This document shows, in pieces, positions 20,002 to 30,600 of a DNA stretch of 64,000 nt. Origin of the DNA: a virus. Under the pieces are notes generated by a model. That model saw only the letters and a program-made list of their open reading frames with translations. It searched no databases and was not told where the DNA came from. A program made the position numbers and the translations under genes. The stretch spans positions 10,081 through 74,080 of IMG/VR virus record IMGVR_UViG_3300032309_002624. One strand, 5' to 3'. Positions within the stretch are counted from its first letter, which is position 1; every line of letters begins with the position of its first letter.

Positions 20002-20792
20002 ATAATTTCGTTTTCTTTTAAATCAAATATTGGTATTGAAACCATTTTGTGTTTATTCTTTTTATTAAAACCCAAATAGGTCTCAACAATTTTATATTCT
20101 TTACTACTATAACATAATTTGTTTATTCCATATTCCATCGCCCATTCTAACTCTTCATAAGTCGCCCCGATTTGGGTTTCATCAACTCTGTTATCATCCC
20201 ATAATCCATCGGTAGGTTCAGCTTCAACAATTTCTTGACAAACACCTAAGTGAATACCGAGGTTTCTAACCTCAGTTTTATATAGGTCTGCAATTGGAGA
20301 AATATCTACTCCACCGTCACCATATTTGGTATAAAACCCAACACCAAAATCCTCAACTTTATTTCCAGTACCAACTACAATACCATTCTTTGACGCCGCA
20401 ATTTGATACAAGGTTATCATTCTCAATCTTGATTTCGTGTTTGCGAATCCTAATTCAGAATTATAATCTTTTCTAAAAACTGGATGAGATTTAAACTCTT
20501 CAAATGTTTTACTCAAATCAACATTTAAACCAATCACATTATCTTTATATTTGCTTGATAAATAACTGATGTGTTTTTCGGATAGTTCGGTGTTCTTTAA
20601 TGTGGAGTTTAATGGCATACCAACAACAATGGTTGGAATTCCTGTTTCCGCACACAAGGTTGAAACAACCGCAGAATCAATTCCTCCTGAAACACCAATC
20701 ACTAAGGTTTCTATGTTGTTTTCTTCAACATAGTTCTTTATCCATTCTTTAATTTGATTTGATAGATTTTCGTAATCAATAATTCGATTCAT
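19998..20792 (-). CDS. nadE: NH3-dependent NAD+ synthetase
   Basis: GVSGGIDS, NTKSRLRM, GTGNKVE, GFYTKYGDGGVD, PTDGLW, DETQIGATY. Confidence 0.93.
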   Translation of the reverse strand: MNRIIDYENLSNQIKEWIKNYVEENNIETLVIGVSGGIDSAVVSTLCAETGIPTIVVGMPLNSTLKNTELSEKHISYLSSKYKDNVIGLNVDLSKTFEEFKSHPVFRKDYNSELGFANTKSRLRMITLYQIAASKNGIVVGTGNKVEDFGVGFYTKYGDGGVDISPIADLYKTEVRNLGIHLGVCQEIVEAEPTDGLWDDNRVDETQIGATYEELEWAMEYGINKLCYSSKEYKIVETYLGFNKKNKHKMVSIPIFDLKENEII

Positions 20793-22417
20793 TATAATAG
20801 TTTTTTGTATTCTTCTTTTATTTGTGTTGCAACGTTGGATGCAAAGTATTTTTCTACATCTGTAGGTGGTTCAAATCTTTCTTTTGATAAGATGAATCCA
20901 CCTGAATCAACTTTATAAATCCAACTTGGTTTTCCACACATCCATCCTTCAATGGTTGTTCTTCCCAATTGTATTCCCGCTGTCTCAGAACACTTTTGAA
21001 CATATGGCTCAACGTTCCATGTTGGAGGAAAATGTTTTACGTGTGCGTTTGACAATATTGCAGGTAGATAATTTGATTTGTCTTCTCCAACCAACCAAAG
21101 TTCTTTTCCGTTGTCGGATGCATAATCAATCAAATCCATAATAGTTTCTCTCCTTAGGTAATCGATAGTACCGACAAACAAAATAAAGTTTTCTTCTTTA
21201 ACCGACTTTGGCTTAAACTTTTCGTTATCTATTGGGTTATAGATAACTTCAATCATTTCTTCAGGTATTTCAAATTTATCTATAATGTGTTCCTTAATTT
21301 CAGGTCTGATTGCAATATATTTTTTTATTGATTCGTGTTTGATTGGGTCTTCTAATTCTATAACTTCAGAATGAATTGAATATACCTTATCAATTTCAGG
21401 ATAAAATTGAATCATTCTTTCGGCAACAGGTTTGTGTTGCATATGTATGATATCGTAGTTAACGTCAGATACTCGGTACATTACATTTGGTTGTGAAGGT
21501 TGAAACCCTTTATCGGTTGTAATTCCCCACTGACCATCACCAAGTTTGAATCCAGGTGACTGCTCAAATGATAAACACTTGATACCTTGTCTTTTTGCCA
21601 TATCTGTAAGTGGACCACCTATTTGTGACAATACTGTAACATCACAGTTTTGCTTAATTAAATTTTTGGCGAGTTCATAAACGTATAACTCAGAACCAGT
21701 AAAGGTTCTGAAAAACAAACAACTTATTAATACCTTTATTTTTTTCTGAGAATCAAAAGGTAGTTTGATTGGGAGATTCGATTTATACTTTTCTTCAAAT
21801 ATTTTTCTATTTGATTCCCACTGTTCATTTGTTTGACCTATTGATTTGTGAGTAATTCTTATGTTGGTTATAACTCCAACCCTAACTCCTTCTAAATGGT
21901 TTTCAAAACAAAAAGGGATGTCATAAAAATGAAACCCTTTAAACTCTTCGTTGAAGTTTTTCTTAATTCTTTTTTTATGTACGGCGATAAATAAACCATC
22001 AACAATAACCGTTTCAATTATAGAGTTACCAACCGAGTCTGCATATCTTGATTCCCATTTTTTACCTCCGTTCTCGTGGTTTACAATACCAACCATTTTT
22101 TTTCTATCTTGCCACCACATACCACTCGAAGGCATTGAGGTTGTTCCTGCCATTCCAATAATTCCGAAATCGGTTTTTTCAAAATGTTTAATCAGTTTGC
22201 TATACCAAGAATTGGTATCAAAATAAATGTCGTCATGACAAAGAACAACTATGTCAGTTTTTGCCTCAGACAATATTTCGTTATAAACTTCAGATAACGA
22301 CCTACCATTGTTATTAACCTTTTCAATAACTTCTATTTTTTTAAAACCAGAACTTTTCTTAAGGTATTCAATAAACTCAGGTTTGCTTTCTCTAGTTGAG
22401 TATCCTACTGTAATCAT
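20792..22417 (-). CDS. Bifunctional glycosyltransferase (N-terminal GT2-like + C-terminal GT4-like)
   Basis: N-terminal part: CHDD, VDGLF, FHFYD. C-terminal part: TGSELY, IYNPID, GRTTIEGWMCG. Confidence 0.8.
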   Translation of the reverse strand: MITVGYSTRESKPEFIEYLKKSSGFKKIEVIEKVNNNGRSLSEVYNEILSEAKTDIVVLCHDDIYFDTNSWYSKLIKHFEKTDFGIIGMAGTTSMPSSGMWWQDRKKMVGIVNHENGGKKWESRYADSVGNSIIETVIVDGLFIAVHKKRIKKNFNEEFKGFHFYDIPFCFENHLEGVRVGVITNIRITHKSIGQTNEQWESNRKIFEEKYKSNLPIKLPFDSQKKIKVLISCLFFRTFTGSELYVYELAKNLIKQNCDVTVLSQIGGPLTDMAKRQGIKCLSFEQSPGFKLGDGQWGITTDKGFQPSQPNVMYRVSDVNYDIIHMQHKPVAERMIQFYPEIDKVYSIHSEVIELEDPIKHESIKKYIAIRPEIKEHIIDKFEIPEEMIEVIYNPIDNEKFKPKSVKEENFILFVGTIDYLRRETIMDLIDYASDNGKELWLVGEDKSNYLPAILSNAHVKHFPPTWNVEPYVQKCSETAGIQLGRTTIEGWMCGKPSWIYKVDSGGFILSKERFEPPTDVEKYFASNVATQIKEEYKKLL

Positions 22418-22422
22418 GTTAA

Positions 22423-23043
22423 TTATTTAATTCCTGTACTTCCGAATCCATTATCACCTCTGTCTTTGTCTTCAACTTTTTCTACTAAACTTAAAGAAAC
22501 GTACCTACCGTTTACCACAGGACACAAAACCGCCTGAGCGACTTTCATACCTTTTGATATGGTAACAGTTTCATTACTAGTATTGAACATAATGACTTTT
22601 ATTTCACCAACATATCCCGAATCAACAGTTCCTGGTGTATTAAGAACCGTAAGTCCTTGGTTTAATGCTAAACCACTCTTTGGTCTAACTTGAATTTCAT
22701 ACTCATCGGGGATAGATAATTTTAATCCTGTTGGGATTAATGCTCTACCAAATGGTGGTATGTTTATTTCTATTGTTGAATATAAATCAAATCCTGAATC
22801 CGAAGGGTAAGCGTAGGAAGGAAACTTCGCATTGTCATGTACCAACTCAACACCTAAGGTTTTTGTCTTCATCATTTCCATATGACTCTTGTCCATTTCA
22901 TCTACCGACATACCTAATAGTTCTTCAAGTTCTTTCATGTAATCTTCTTCAGGTTCAATACCTGTATCTTGTTTTATCTTATTGAATGTCTCTTGTATTT
23001 CTGCCCAAATCTTTGGGTCAAGGTCTTCGTTCATTTGTTGCAT
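22423..23043 (-). CDS. dut: Trimeric dUTPase with acidic N-terminal extension
   Basis: SGFDL, RPKSGLA, GTVDSGYVGE, AQ, RGDNGFGSTG. Confidence 0.95.
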   Translation of the reverse strand: MQQMNEDLDPKIWAEIQETFNKIKQDTGIEPEEDYMKELEELLGMSVDEMDKSHMEMMKTKTLGVELVHDNAKFPSYAYPSDSGFDLYSTIEINIPPFGRALIPTGLKLSIPDEYEIQVRPKSGLALNQGLTVLNTPGTVDSGYVGEIKVIMFNTSNETVTISKGMKVAQAVLCPVVNGRYVSLSLVEKVEDKDRGDNGFGSTGIK

Positions 23044-23744
23044 TATTCTAAAGTTGTTATTTTTTTTATTACATCGATTAATACCAATACATCTTTTTCA
23101 CAGTACTCCACAATACCTTTGATATCTTTTTTCGTCCAATAAGCATCGTGTACTTTGTTTCCTGTTACTTCCATATTCTTGGATGATTCAACTCCCATAC
23201 AAACACACATTAGTTCTAGTGAAGCGATTGAACCATATCCACCGTATTGCCAAAGTTCTTTTGTATCTAGAGCTTTAATTTCCCATGGTTTTGTATCATG
23301 ACCTGGTAAAATTTTTGGTGGCAATAGACCATTCATAATCATTCTTTTTGCCAACATTGGAATATCAAATCCCTTTACATTATGACCACACAAGAAGAAT
23401 CCTAACTCACCAATTCTACGTAAAAGTTTTTGAACATCTTGTAACAAATCTTTCTCATTTTCGTTACTGAATGATTGTATCTTTGTTTCACCCTTGTCTG
23501 TCACGAACGCAACACTCACACACGCAATTTTTGCAAACTCAGGAACTAATGCTGCTCGGTTTACAAACATTTGTTCTACACCTTTATCAGCATCTTCAGG
23601 AAATCTTTTTTGAAACCAATCAAAATAATTTTTGAATTGAAATGCAAGTTCAGGTCTATTAGATTCTAAAGAATCCCATTCAGGTTGGATACCAACGGTT
23701 TCAATATCTAAAAACAAAAGTTTTGTAAGGGGTATGTTTATCAT
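23043..23744 (-). CDS. DnaQ-like 3'-5' exonuclease (PolB-exonuclease-related)
   Basis: LDIET (ExoI), GHNVKGFD (ExoII), YCEKDV (ExoIII). Confidence 0.88.
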   Translation of the reverse strand: MINIPLTKLLFLDIETVGIQPEWDSLESNRPELAFQFKNYFDWFQKRFPEDADKGVEQMFVNRAALVPEFAKIACVSVAFVTDKGETKIQSFSNENEKDLLQDVQKLLRRIGELGFFLCGHNVKGFDIPMLAKRMIMNGLLPPKILPGHDTKPWEIKALDTKELWQYGGYGSIASLELMCVCMGVESSKNMEVTGNKVHDAYWTKKDIKGIVEYCEKDVLVLIDVIKKITTLE

Positions 23745-24952
23745 AATAATGATTTATAAAATTGTGCTCTATTTTTCGTTACCACGTTTAAATCGTACTT
23801 GTCTTTCACGGTCTCATATAATCTTTCTCCCATGTCTTCAACCATATTTGGATTCTTGATTAGTTTTTCAATACACTTCGACCAATCACTATGATTTCGA
23901 ACCTCTTTAATCAACATTGCATTTCCGTCTACGAAGTTACCATTTTCTAAACAATGTTTCAAATCTATTGTGTATGGACCAATTTCAGAAGCAATTAATG
24001 CTTTTTTATAAAATCCTGCCTCAATAACTTTGAGTTGAGATTTCATTCTGTTAAACATAGTGTTTTTGATTGGTGCCAAAGATACATCAAATTTTGAATA
24101 ATTCTTAGCATAAGATGTAACAGGTTTTGTCCAAACTCTTAGATATGATTCATTCATCTCATTTTCATAAGAATCCTGATTATACTTCAATAAATGTTTT
24201 TTATAGTCCTCAGAAATAATTGAGAAATTTTGTGTGAATATTTTCTCATATTGAGCCCATACAGTTTCTGCTGGTAATATATTTCTTTTGGTGTGTTCGC
24301 CAGTTTGAGCGTTGATTTCTGTAACGGTACCTCTTGTATCAAAACCACAAAGAACATATTGAACTTTATCTTTATGACTCGTTAGCTTTGAGAATCCGTC
24401 ATTCAATAACTGAATATCGTGTAAGTGAGATGAGCCTCCTAACCAACCAATTCTAAGTTTATCAGACTTTTGGGTAGGTTCTTTAAATTGAGGTTCATTA
24501 GGGTTTATTGCGTTTGGAAATACAACTACGTTCTTATTAAACTTTCTTATTTCGTCTGCAAATAACTCTGTGGTTGTAGTAACATATTTGGATACTTTTA
24601 GATTTGCAACAATTTTTTCGTTAATCTTGTTAACTTTAATGATATCGTGAATCGGATGTTCTTTTCCTGGCATCCAATAGTCGTCAATATCACACACAGT
24701 GATAACTCCTAAAGAGTTTAACATTTGTATTAATCTATTTGCCTTTTCGAAATCGGGACCGATACTTCTATGGTAAGCAACTATTTCATATTGGGTCCAA
24801 AAATTAACATCATCATATGGTGGTTCGTACACAATATCGACGTGAAAATCTTCAGGATTTTGATTTTGTAAAAAAATGTGAGGGTCGACAGACCTAAATT
24901 TACCAACTCCCGACCTGTCGGATGGTACGACTAAAACTTTGATTTTTGACAT
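23741..24952 (-). CDS. GT-B (GT4-like) glycosyltransferase
   Basis: DIDDYW, PNAI, IGWLGGSSHLHD, DVSLAP, FNRMKSQLKVIEAG. Confidence 0.85.
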   Translation of the reverse strand: MSKIKVLVVPSDRSGVGKFRSVDPHIFLQNQNPEDFHVDIVYEPPYDDVNFWTQYEIVAYHRSIGPDFEKANRLIQMLNSLGVITVCDIDDYWMPGKEHPIHDIIKVNKINEKIVANLKVSKYVTTTTELFADEIRKFNKNVVVFPNAINPNEPQFKEPTQKSDKLRIGWLGGSSHLHDIQLLNDGFSKLTSHKDKVQYVLCGFDTRGTVTEINAQTGEHTKRNILPAETVWAQYEKIFTQNFSIISEDYKKHLLKYNQDSYENEMNESYLRVWTKPVTSYAKNYSKFDVSLAPIKNTMFNRMKSQLKVIEAGFYKKALIASEIGPYTIDLKHCLENGNFVDGNAMLIKEVRNHSDWSKCIEKLIKNPNMVEDMGERLYETVKDKYDLNVVTKNRAQFYKSLL

Positions 24953-25006
24953 AAATTATAATATATACCTCAAAATATAAGGTTTTATGTCAAATAAGAA
25001 AAGGGG

Positions 25007-25633
25007 TTAAGATAACTTTTTAATTTTGGTAACTTTACCTTCAAATATGTGTTTTCCTACTTTGAAACTGAATACTTCACTAGCCTTTTCTGATGATTCA
25101 ATTAATAATCCGTTTTCTTTCAAAGCATTATTAACCGCTTCGTTAATCATTTTTTGTAGGACTTTATAATCAAAATTACCAGTTGGTTGCGATTGTGTTT
25201 GTTGTTTTGGTTTTGCGGATTCAGGTGTATATCCTCCTTGATTTTCTTTCATTAATCTAGATGCTCTTTCAATCAAATCATTCGAAAGAGTTGGAGATTG
25301 TTGTTGAGGTTGTGCAATCGGGTGTTCCATCATAAGTTTTTTAATCTCATCAGGAAGTTTTGAATTTTTGATTGCGTCAACAGTAGGAACACCTACCGGC
25401 TTTGTATTAACTTTTGGAAGTTCTGATAAATACGGTTGGCTCATTTGAGCTTGTTGTGGAGATTCTTGCAAGAATTCTTGTGGAATATTGTACTTAGCTT
25501 GTGGCATATCAAATTCCTGTAAGGACGTTAGTGGTAATCCTTGATTGGTTGAACTTGCACTTTTATTAAACTTAGGGCTATCCATAATCGCTTTAGACGC
25601 CACTAATCTACTCATTAAATCGTTTTCATTCAT
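25007..25633 (-). CDS. Hypothetical Q/P-rich protein
   Basis: 208-aa ORF; last gene of a late-type operon. Confidence 0.65.
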   Translation of the reverse strand: MNENDLMSRLVASKAIMDSPKFNKSASSTNQGLPLTSLQEFDMPQAKYNIPQEFLQESPQQAQMSQPYLSELPKVNTKPVGVPTVDAIKNSKLPDEIKKLMMEHPIAQPQQQSPTLSNDLIERASRLMKENQGGYTPESAKPKQQTQSQPTGNFDYKVLQKMINEAVNNALKENGLLIESSEKASEVFSFKVGKHIFEGKVTKIKKLS

Positions 25634-25637
25634 AATA

Positions 25638-26018
25638 TTAGAATTTTGCTATAATAATAATCGAAGTCATGCTTTTGTCACCATTTGGATTAAAATTTGG
25701 TTTCATTTCTGTAAAATTTTCTCCAGAAGGTTTTAGTGATAATATTTTATCTAACCTAAAAAGCCTCCAACCTGGTAAAGGTTGTTCCCCCTTGTATGCC
25801 GTATGAGACGCTCCTTCATTGTCCCAAGCCCTCAAAACTTTATTACCCGCTCTACTAGTACCCAAACACACAGGTTCAATTTCTCTGATACCTCTACCAC
25901 CTGGCTCATCACCATCATAATAGACAATCACCTTCTGTTTATTTTTAATAGCGTTAACAACACTATCAACAGAAGCGATTTCACAAATTAAACCTTTTAA
26001 TGCGTTTTGTAATTTCAT
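25638..26018 (-). CDS. Stand-alone WYL-domain protein
   Basis: V.YY...REIEPV.LG...LRAW...WRLFRLDKI matches the WYL pattern. Confidence 0.75.
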   Translation of the reverse strand: MKLQNALKGLICEIASVDSVVNAIKNKQKVIVYYDGDEPGGRGIREIEPVCLGTSRAGNKVLRAWDNEGASHTAYKGEQPLPGWRLFRLDKILSLKPSGENFTEMKPNFNPNGDKSMTSIIIIAKF

Positions 26019-26311
26019 TAAAAATTAGGATAAGTTTTTGATGAATTATACTTGTTAATTTTTACTTCATTTTTTCTTTCTACAACGTCATCTATTGTAC
26101 CAGCATTTACGTTGTATACATCTAAGAATGAACCAGTTCCTCTTCCCATAGAATCACCATCAGCAACTGCGTCTCTGTTAACTACAGAATATTCATTACC
26201 TACGGCGTTAAAGTCGTTCTTCGGAATTAGTTTTGCTCTTTCCATATCAGCAATTGCTGTTAGAGCGTTTGGTACGTTTTGTGATAAATCAATTGCAAGT
26301 TCGTTTGCCAT
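26018..26311 (-). CDS. Hypothetical protein
   Basis: 97-aa ORF with stop/start overlap to the next gene. Confidence 0.65.
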   Translation of the reverse strand: MANELAIDLSQNVPNALTAIADMERAKLIPKNDFNAVGNEYSVVNRDAVADGDSMGRGTGSFLDVYNVNAGTIDDVVERKNEVKINKYNSSKTYPNF

Positions 26312-26313
26312 AA

Positions 26314-26790
26314 TTATAATTTTCTCATTAGTTCGTTTATTCTTTTCAGACTTTCAGTAACTGCTACATTATACCTATCAACAGTACTTGTATGTTGTTG
26401 TGAAGGTCTTACATTATTAAAATCCTTTTTTTCGTGAGGTTTGATAAATTGGTTTTGCATACCAGCATTCATCTTATTTGTCTTGGTCATTTTGGTGTAA
26501 TCCCTCATTTTCCTCAACTCATTATTTACCCAATTTTTCATCTCTGCACCACCATTTAAAATAAATGATGATTCTTTGTGGTTACCTTTAAAGTTGTCAA
26601 AAAAGTTTTTTATCCTTTTAAGTTGTTTGTACTCAATAAAGTTTTTTCCTTGTAATTCTTGGTTACGATTAAATCCTTCAGTGTTTTCATCGGCATCCTT
26701 TACCATGTGGAAACATTTTTTCATATGGTTCCTCATAGTATCAGGAAATTCAATTTCCCCTTTCGCTGAATTATATAAATCGTTATTCAC
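26314..26790 (-). CDS. Hypothetical basic protein
   Basis: 158-aa ORF with GTG start overlapping the upstream stop. Confidence 0.65.
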   Translation of the reverse strand: MNNDLYNSAKGEIEFPDTMRNHMKKCFHMVKDADENTEGFNRNQELQGKNFIEYKQLKRIKNFFDNFKGNHKESSFILNGGAEMKNWVNNELRKMRDYTKMTKTNKMNAGMQNQFIKPHEKKDFNNVRPSQQHTSTVDRYNVAVTESLKRINELMRKL

Positions 26791-27604
26791 CTTGAATTAA
26801 TTTAATTAGTTCTTTTTTTGAAACTCCTTGTTTTTCTGCCTGTTTTAATAAAGATGTAAGATTTCTCTTAACTAACTTTGGTAATTCTTCCATAGTTTTT
26901 CCTGAATCTTTTTTTCCAACATCAGCAGAACCTGAATCTTTTTTCTTCGCCAACATATCTTCAACAACTTTTATTGCCTTCATTTTTTGAATTTCGGACA
27001 ATGTCGCTCTTGTGATAAAATTAGGGTCTTTATAATATTTTGACTTTTTGTCTTTTTTACCTGAAGGGTCTTTACCTTGTTGTTTTGTTCTTTCTTTTGC
27101 TTCATCAGGTTCCATACCCATATCTTTAACCAAATACTTGAAGGTGTCTTTACCATCCATGTCTTCAGTTTCCTCATATCCAAAAGCACCTGACATATCA
27201 ATTTCTTTAACTTCACTCTCACCGTAATATGTTCTATATCCACGAGAAATAGGGTCGTTTGTAATTCTTGATGCGGCAACAGTTTGGTCCATAGTTTTCT
27301 TTGGGTGTAATCTTGGGTCCAAGATAGGTATCTTAGAGTTTGACATTGCACCATCGGCGTTAACTAATTCTTCCAAGTCAGACTTAAGAGTTTTTGTGTC
27401 TTTGACTTTTTTCTCTTTGGCAACTTTTTTTAAATGTTTTTTCACCTTTTCACCTTTCTCTTTTGGGAAATGAATAACCTCATCTTTCTTACGTGCTTCG
27501 GTTAAAGTATTCTCCACAGAGAAGTATAATGAATATTTATTTCCTTTATCTCTCATTAAGAAATAATATGGTGATGAAAAAAATTCTGTGTCTGTAGAAA
27601 TCAT
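26783..27604 (-). CDS. Hypothetical Lys-rich protein
   Basis: 273-aa ORF preceded by TATTTAT. Confidence 0.7.
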   Translation of the reverse strand: MISTDTEFFSSPYYFLMRDKGNKYSLYFSVENTLTEARKKDEVIHFPKEKGEKVKKHLKKVAKEKKVKDTKTLKSDLEELVNADGAMSNSKIPILDPRLHPKKTMDQTVAASRITNDPISRGYRTYYGESEVKEIDMSGAFGYEETEDMDGKDTFKYLVKDMGMEPDEAKERTKQQGKDPSGKKDKKSKYYKDPNFITRATLSEIQKMKAIKVVEDMLAKKKDSGSADVGKKDSGKTMEELPKLVKRNLTSLLKQAEKQGVSKKELIKLIQGE

Positions 27605-27620
27605 CGCTTCTTTTTAATCT

Positions 27621-27647
27621 ATAAATACTATGACACAAGGTATTTAT
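27621..27647. promoter_or_regulatory. Back-to-back TATTTAT putative late promoters at a divergent junction
   Basis: ATAAATA at 27621-27627 (serves the minus-strand gene) and TATTTAT at 27641-27647 (serves the plus-strand gene). The same motif precedes ~14 gene starts. Confidence 0.7.
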
Positions 27648-27656
27648 CATTAGTTT

Positions 27657-30600
27657 ATGGCATATCAAAATATTAATCAGTATAATTTTAGACGTTGGGG
27701 TATTAGACCTGTCAACGAAATTACCGATATCTGTTTAGCTTCGGATGAGAAGGACTATGACCAAGAAGTCATTTTTTCACCATTATTAATAGGTGAAGAA
27801 GACGGTAATAGAATGCCATTCAAGTTTGATTTCAACAGTACAGGTACAACAATATGCCAATCAGGTTCTTGTACTTTTGATAACGATGTGATTGTTTCTG
27901 AAAACTATTGGAACCCTGAAAACATTGAACCTAATTTTTGTCCTAAGGTTACTGAGCTTTGTGATGTTGGTTTGACTGGTATTGACAACGGTCTTGTCAA
28001 AAAAATGTCAGGTGAAACCATAGAAATTACAACTGGACTTTATACAAACAATTCTGACAAATATAGTAGATACAAATACGATAGGAGAATGAAACTTCAT
28101 CCTATCACAGGATTTACAACTACTGAGAATAGATTGTGGAATGACAATTCGTATAACTACAATTTAAACTACGCAACCGATGGTGGAGATGTAGGATATT
28201 TCGCAAGATTAAACGGTGGATTCTTCCAAGGTTTCTATAAAATACCTGGATATGATTATCAAGTATTCCCACAGAGAATGCCTTTAGGTTGGACTGCTGA
28301 GTTCATGTTAAGATATAGATGGACTGGTGATACAAGCGTCGGATTGAACGACAGATACCCTGACAATAAAGGTACGTTCTTCTACATGGGTTCAAGAGCT
28401 GAGAATAAGTTCTACCACTATGCGGATGGTGAACCAAAACAAGATACAGGATATACAAGAGTAACATCAGGTTTGACCTGTATGGAAACTTGTGGATGTG
28501 CAAGTTCTGCAAACACAGCGTCGACTTGTCTTCAGGTTTATCAAATATCGGGGGGGACTTCAACAAACTGTAACTGTGGATGTCCTTGTAATTGTACTGT
28601 CAATGCCAAATATGCGGAGAAAGACCCATTGTATGACGGAGTATCAAACGGATTATCATTAAGGTTAAGTGGAGACACAGGTAGTCCAAGATTATGTATT
28701 AAGACATATAGAATAACTGGTGGATGTGAGACAAGTGGTACCTGTTTTACAGGTTTAACTTATGCAACAGGAACGTCAGTTACTGAGTGGTGTTCAACAA
28801 GAGGAATTTTTGATGATTGTAAAAACACACCATATATTAATGTTGAGCACTGGGTCCAAATAGATGCCGTATTCCAAAGAAATCAATGGTTGGATACATG
28901 TGACCTTTACGAAAAGGGTGGGTTAGGTTTAATTGTTGATACAATTTATACTGCCACGCCAGCAAACAATAGTGTTAGTTTAATAGAACCTCCACTAACA
29001 CACGAATTGCCTTATGACCCGGCAACAACTGAGATTGTAACTTTCAATGACAACTGGACTGAAGAAATAAAATATAGATTGGGTACCCTGAAACTTTACG
29101 TTAACGGAAAGTTATTCATGGTTGCTGAAAATTTTGAAGAGATAATTCCGAGGTTATTAGATGTACAGAGAGAAAAACAAATCGGTGTCGGATATAACAT
29201 ATCGATAGGGGGTGGTACACAAGGGTTAAAAGATAACTTGACGTTCTCGGGAGGATGTCCATCATCAGTTGATGATATTATATATCAACAAGACCCTGAG
29301 TGTTTAACAACACACGACTTAGACAATACAATCTATTCAGGTTTAACAACTCATATTAAGTTAGAGGAGTATTTTGGTGGAAGTATGATTGGTGACATCA
29401 GCGCATTTAGAATGTACACTGAACCACTCAACGCATCACAGATTAGACACAACTTTAGAATATTAAAAAATAGATACAATCTATTAGACCCTAACTGTAT
29501 TAACTGTACAATCATTGTTCCTAATAATGACTTATATTACCTTTCACTACCTTGTAATGATTTGGGTTATACTTTATATCCATGTCCAACACCTACACCA
29601 ACGGTTACATCAACAGTTACTCCGACAGTTACTGAAACACCAACTAATACACCTACACAAACAACTACTGAAACTCCCACACCAACACCAACGTTTGTAC
29701 CATTGAATTTAGAACTTTTTGCAGAGTATACCGCAGGTTCTATAATTGCGTCTTACACTTTATTATTAAACCGTCCATATGGTGAAGAAATAAATATCAC
29801 TTTCGAAAATGTTCTAAATGTTTATAGCGGGTCTCCAATTACAATATTTACTGGAGTTACGGTGAGTTCAGGTGGTTTATCAGGGCAAACTATTGTTACA
29901 ATAGATGAAGATTATGACAACTATACCGGAGTACCATTTTTTAGTCAATTATCAGGAACTCCAAGCGGAAGTACTTATGAGATATTTGTAATCCCACCAA
30001 CCCCTACACCTACACCTACAAATACTGAAACACCGACACCAACAGTTACACCTACAAATACTGAGACACCAACACAAACAGTTACACCTACAAATACTGA
30101 GACAACAACTCAGACAGTGACTCCAACTAACACTGAGACACCAACACAAACACCAACTAATACTCCAACTCAAACTGCAACTCCATCCACAACGGCAACT
30201 GTTGGATTGACTCCGACTGCGACAGAGACACAAACACCAACTCCAACCGAAACTCCTACCAACACTCCTACTAACACAGAAACGCCTACAAATACACCAA
30301 GTGAAACTCCGACCGAAACTCCTACTAATACTCCAAGTGAAACTCCTACAAACACTCCTACAAACACAGAAACTCCTACAAACACACCAACTGTAACACC
30401 TACAACATTTACAGGATTTACGGTAACCATTTCAGAAGTGGGTCCTGATGTGATTTGGAATGGGTCAGGAATTTTTAACTTAACCTCATTATCATTAATG
30501 GGAACCCAAGTCACAGGAGCCGGATATAACGCAAGTTTAGGGGTTTGGGGAATTGGACCTGGAACCACACTACAACAATATAGTGGAGAAACCTTTACGT

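Noticed and set aside
2787-24952. Bacterial O-antigen/capsule locus (cellular origin or host contamination)
   Set aside because: No wzx/wzy/wza or priming transferase was seen, and the block is contiguous and interleaved with phage core genes (gp55-like sigma, phoH, dut).
30011-30145. ~36-bp tandem repeats resembling a CRISPR array
   Set aside because: The units are contiguous with no unique spacers, are in frame, vary at synonymous positions and encode the T/P tract; no cas genes were seen.
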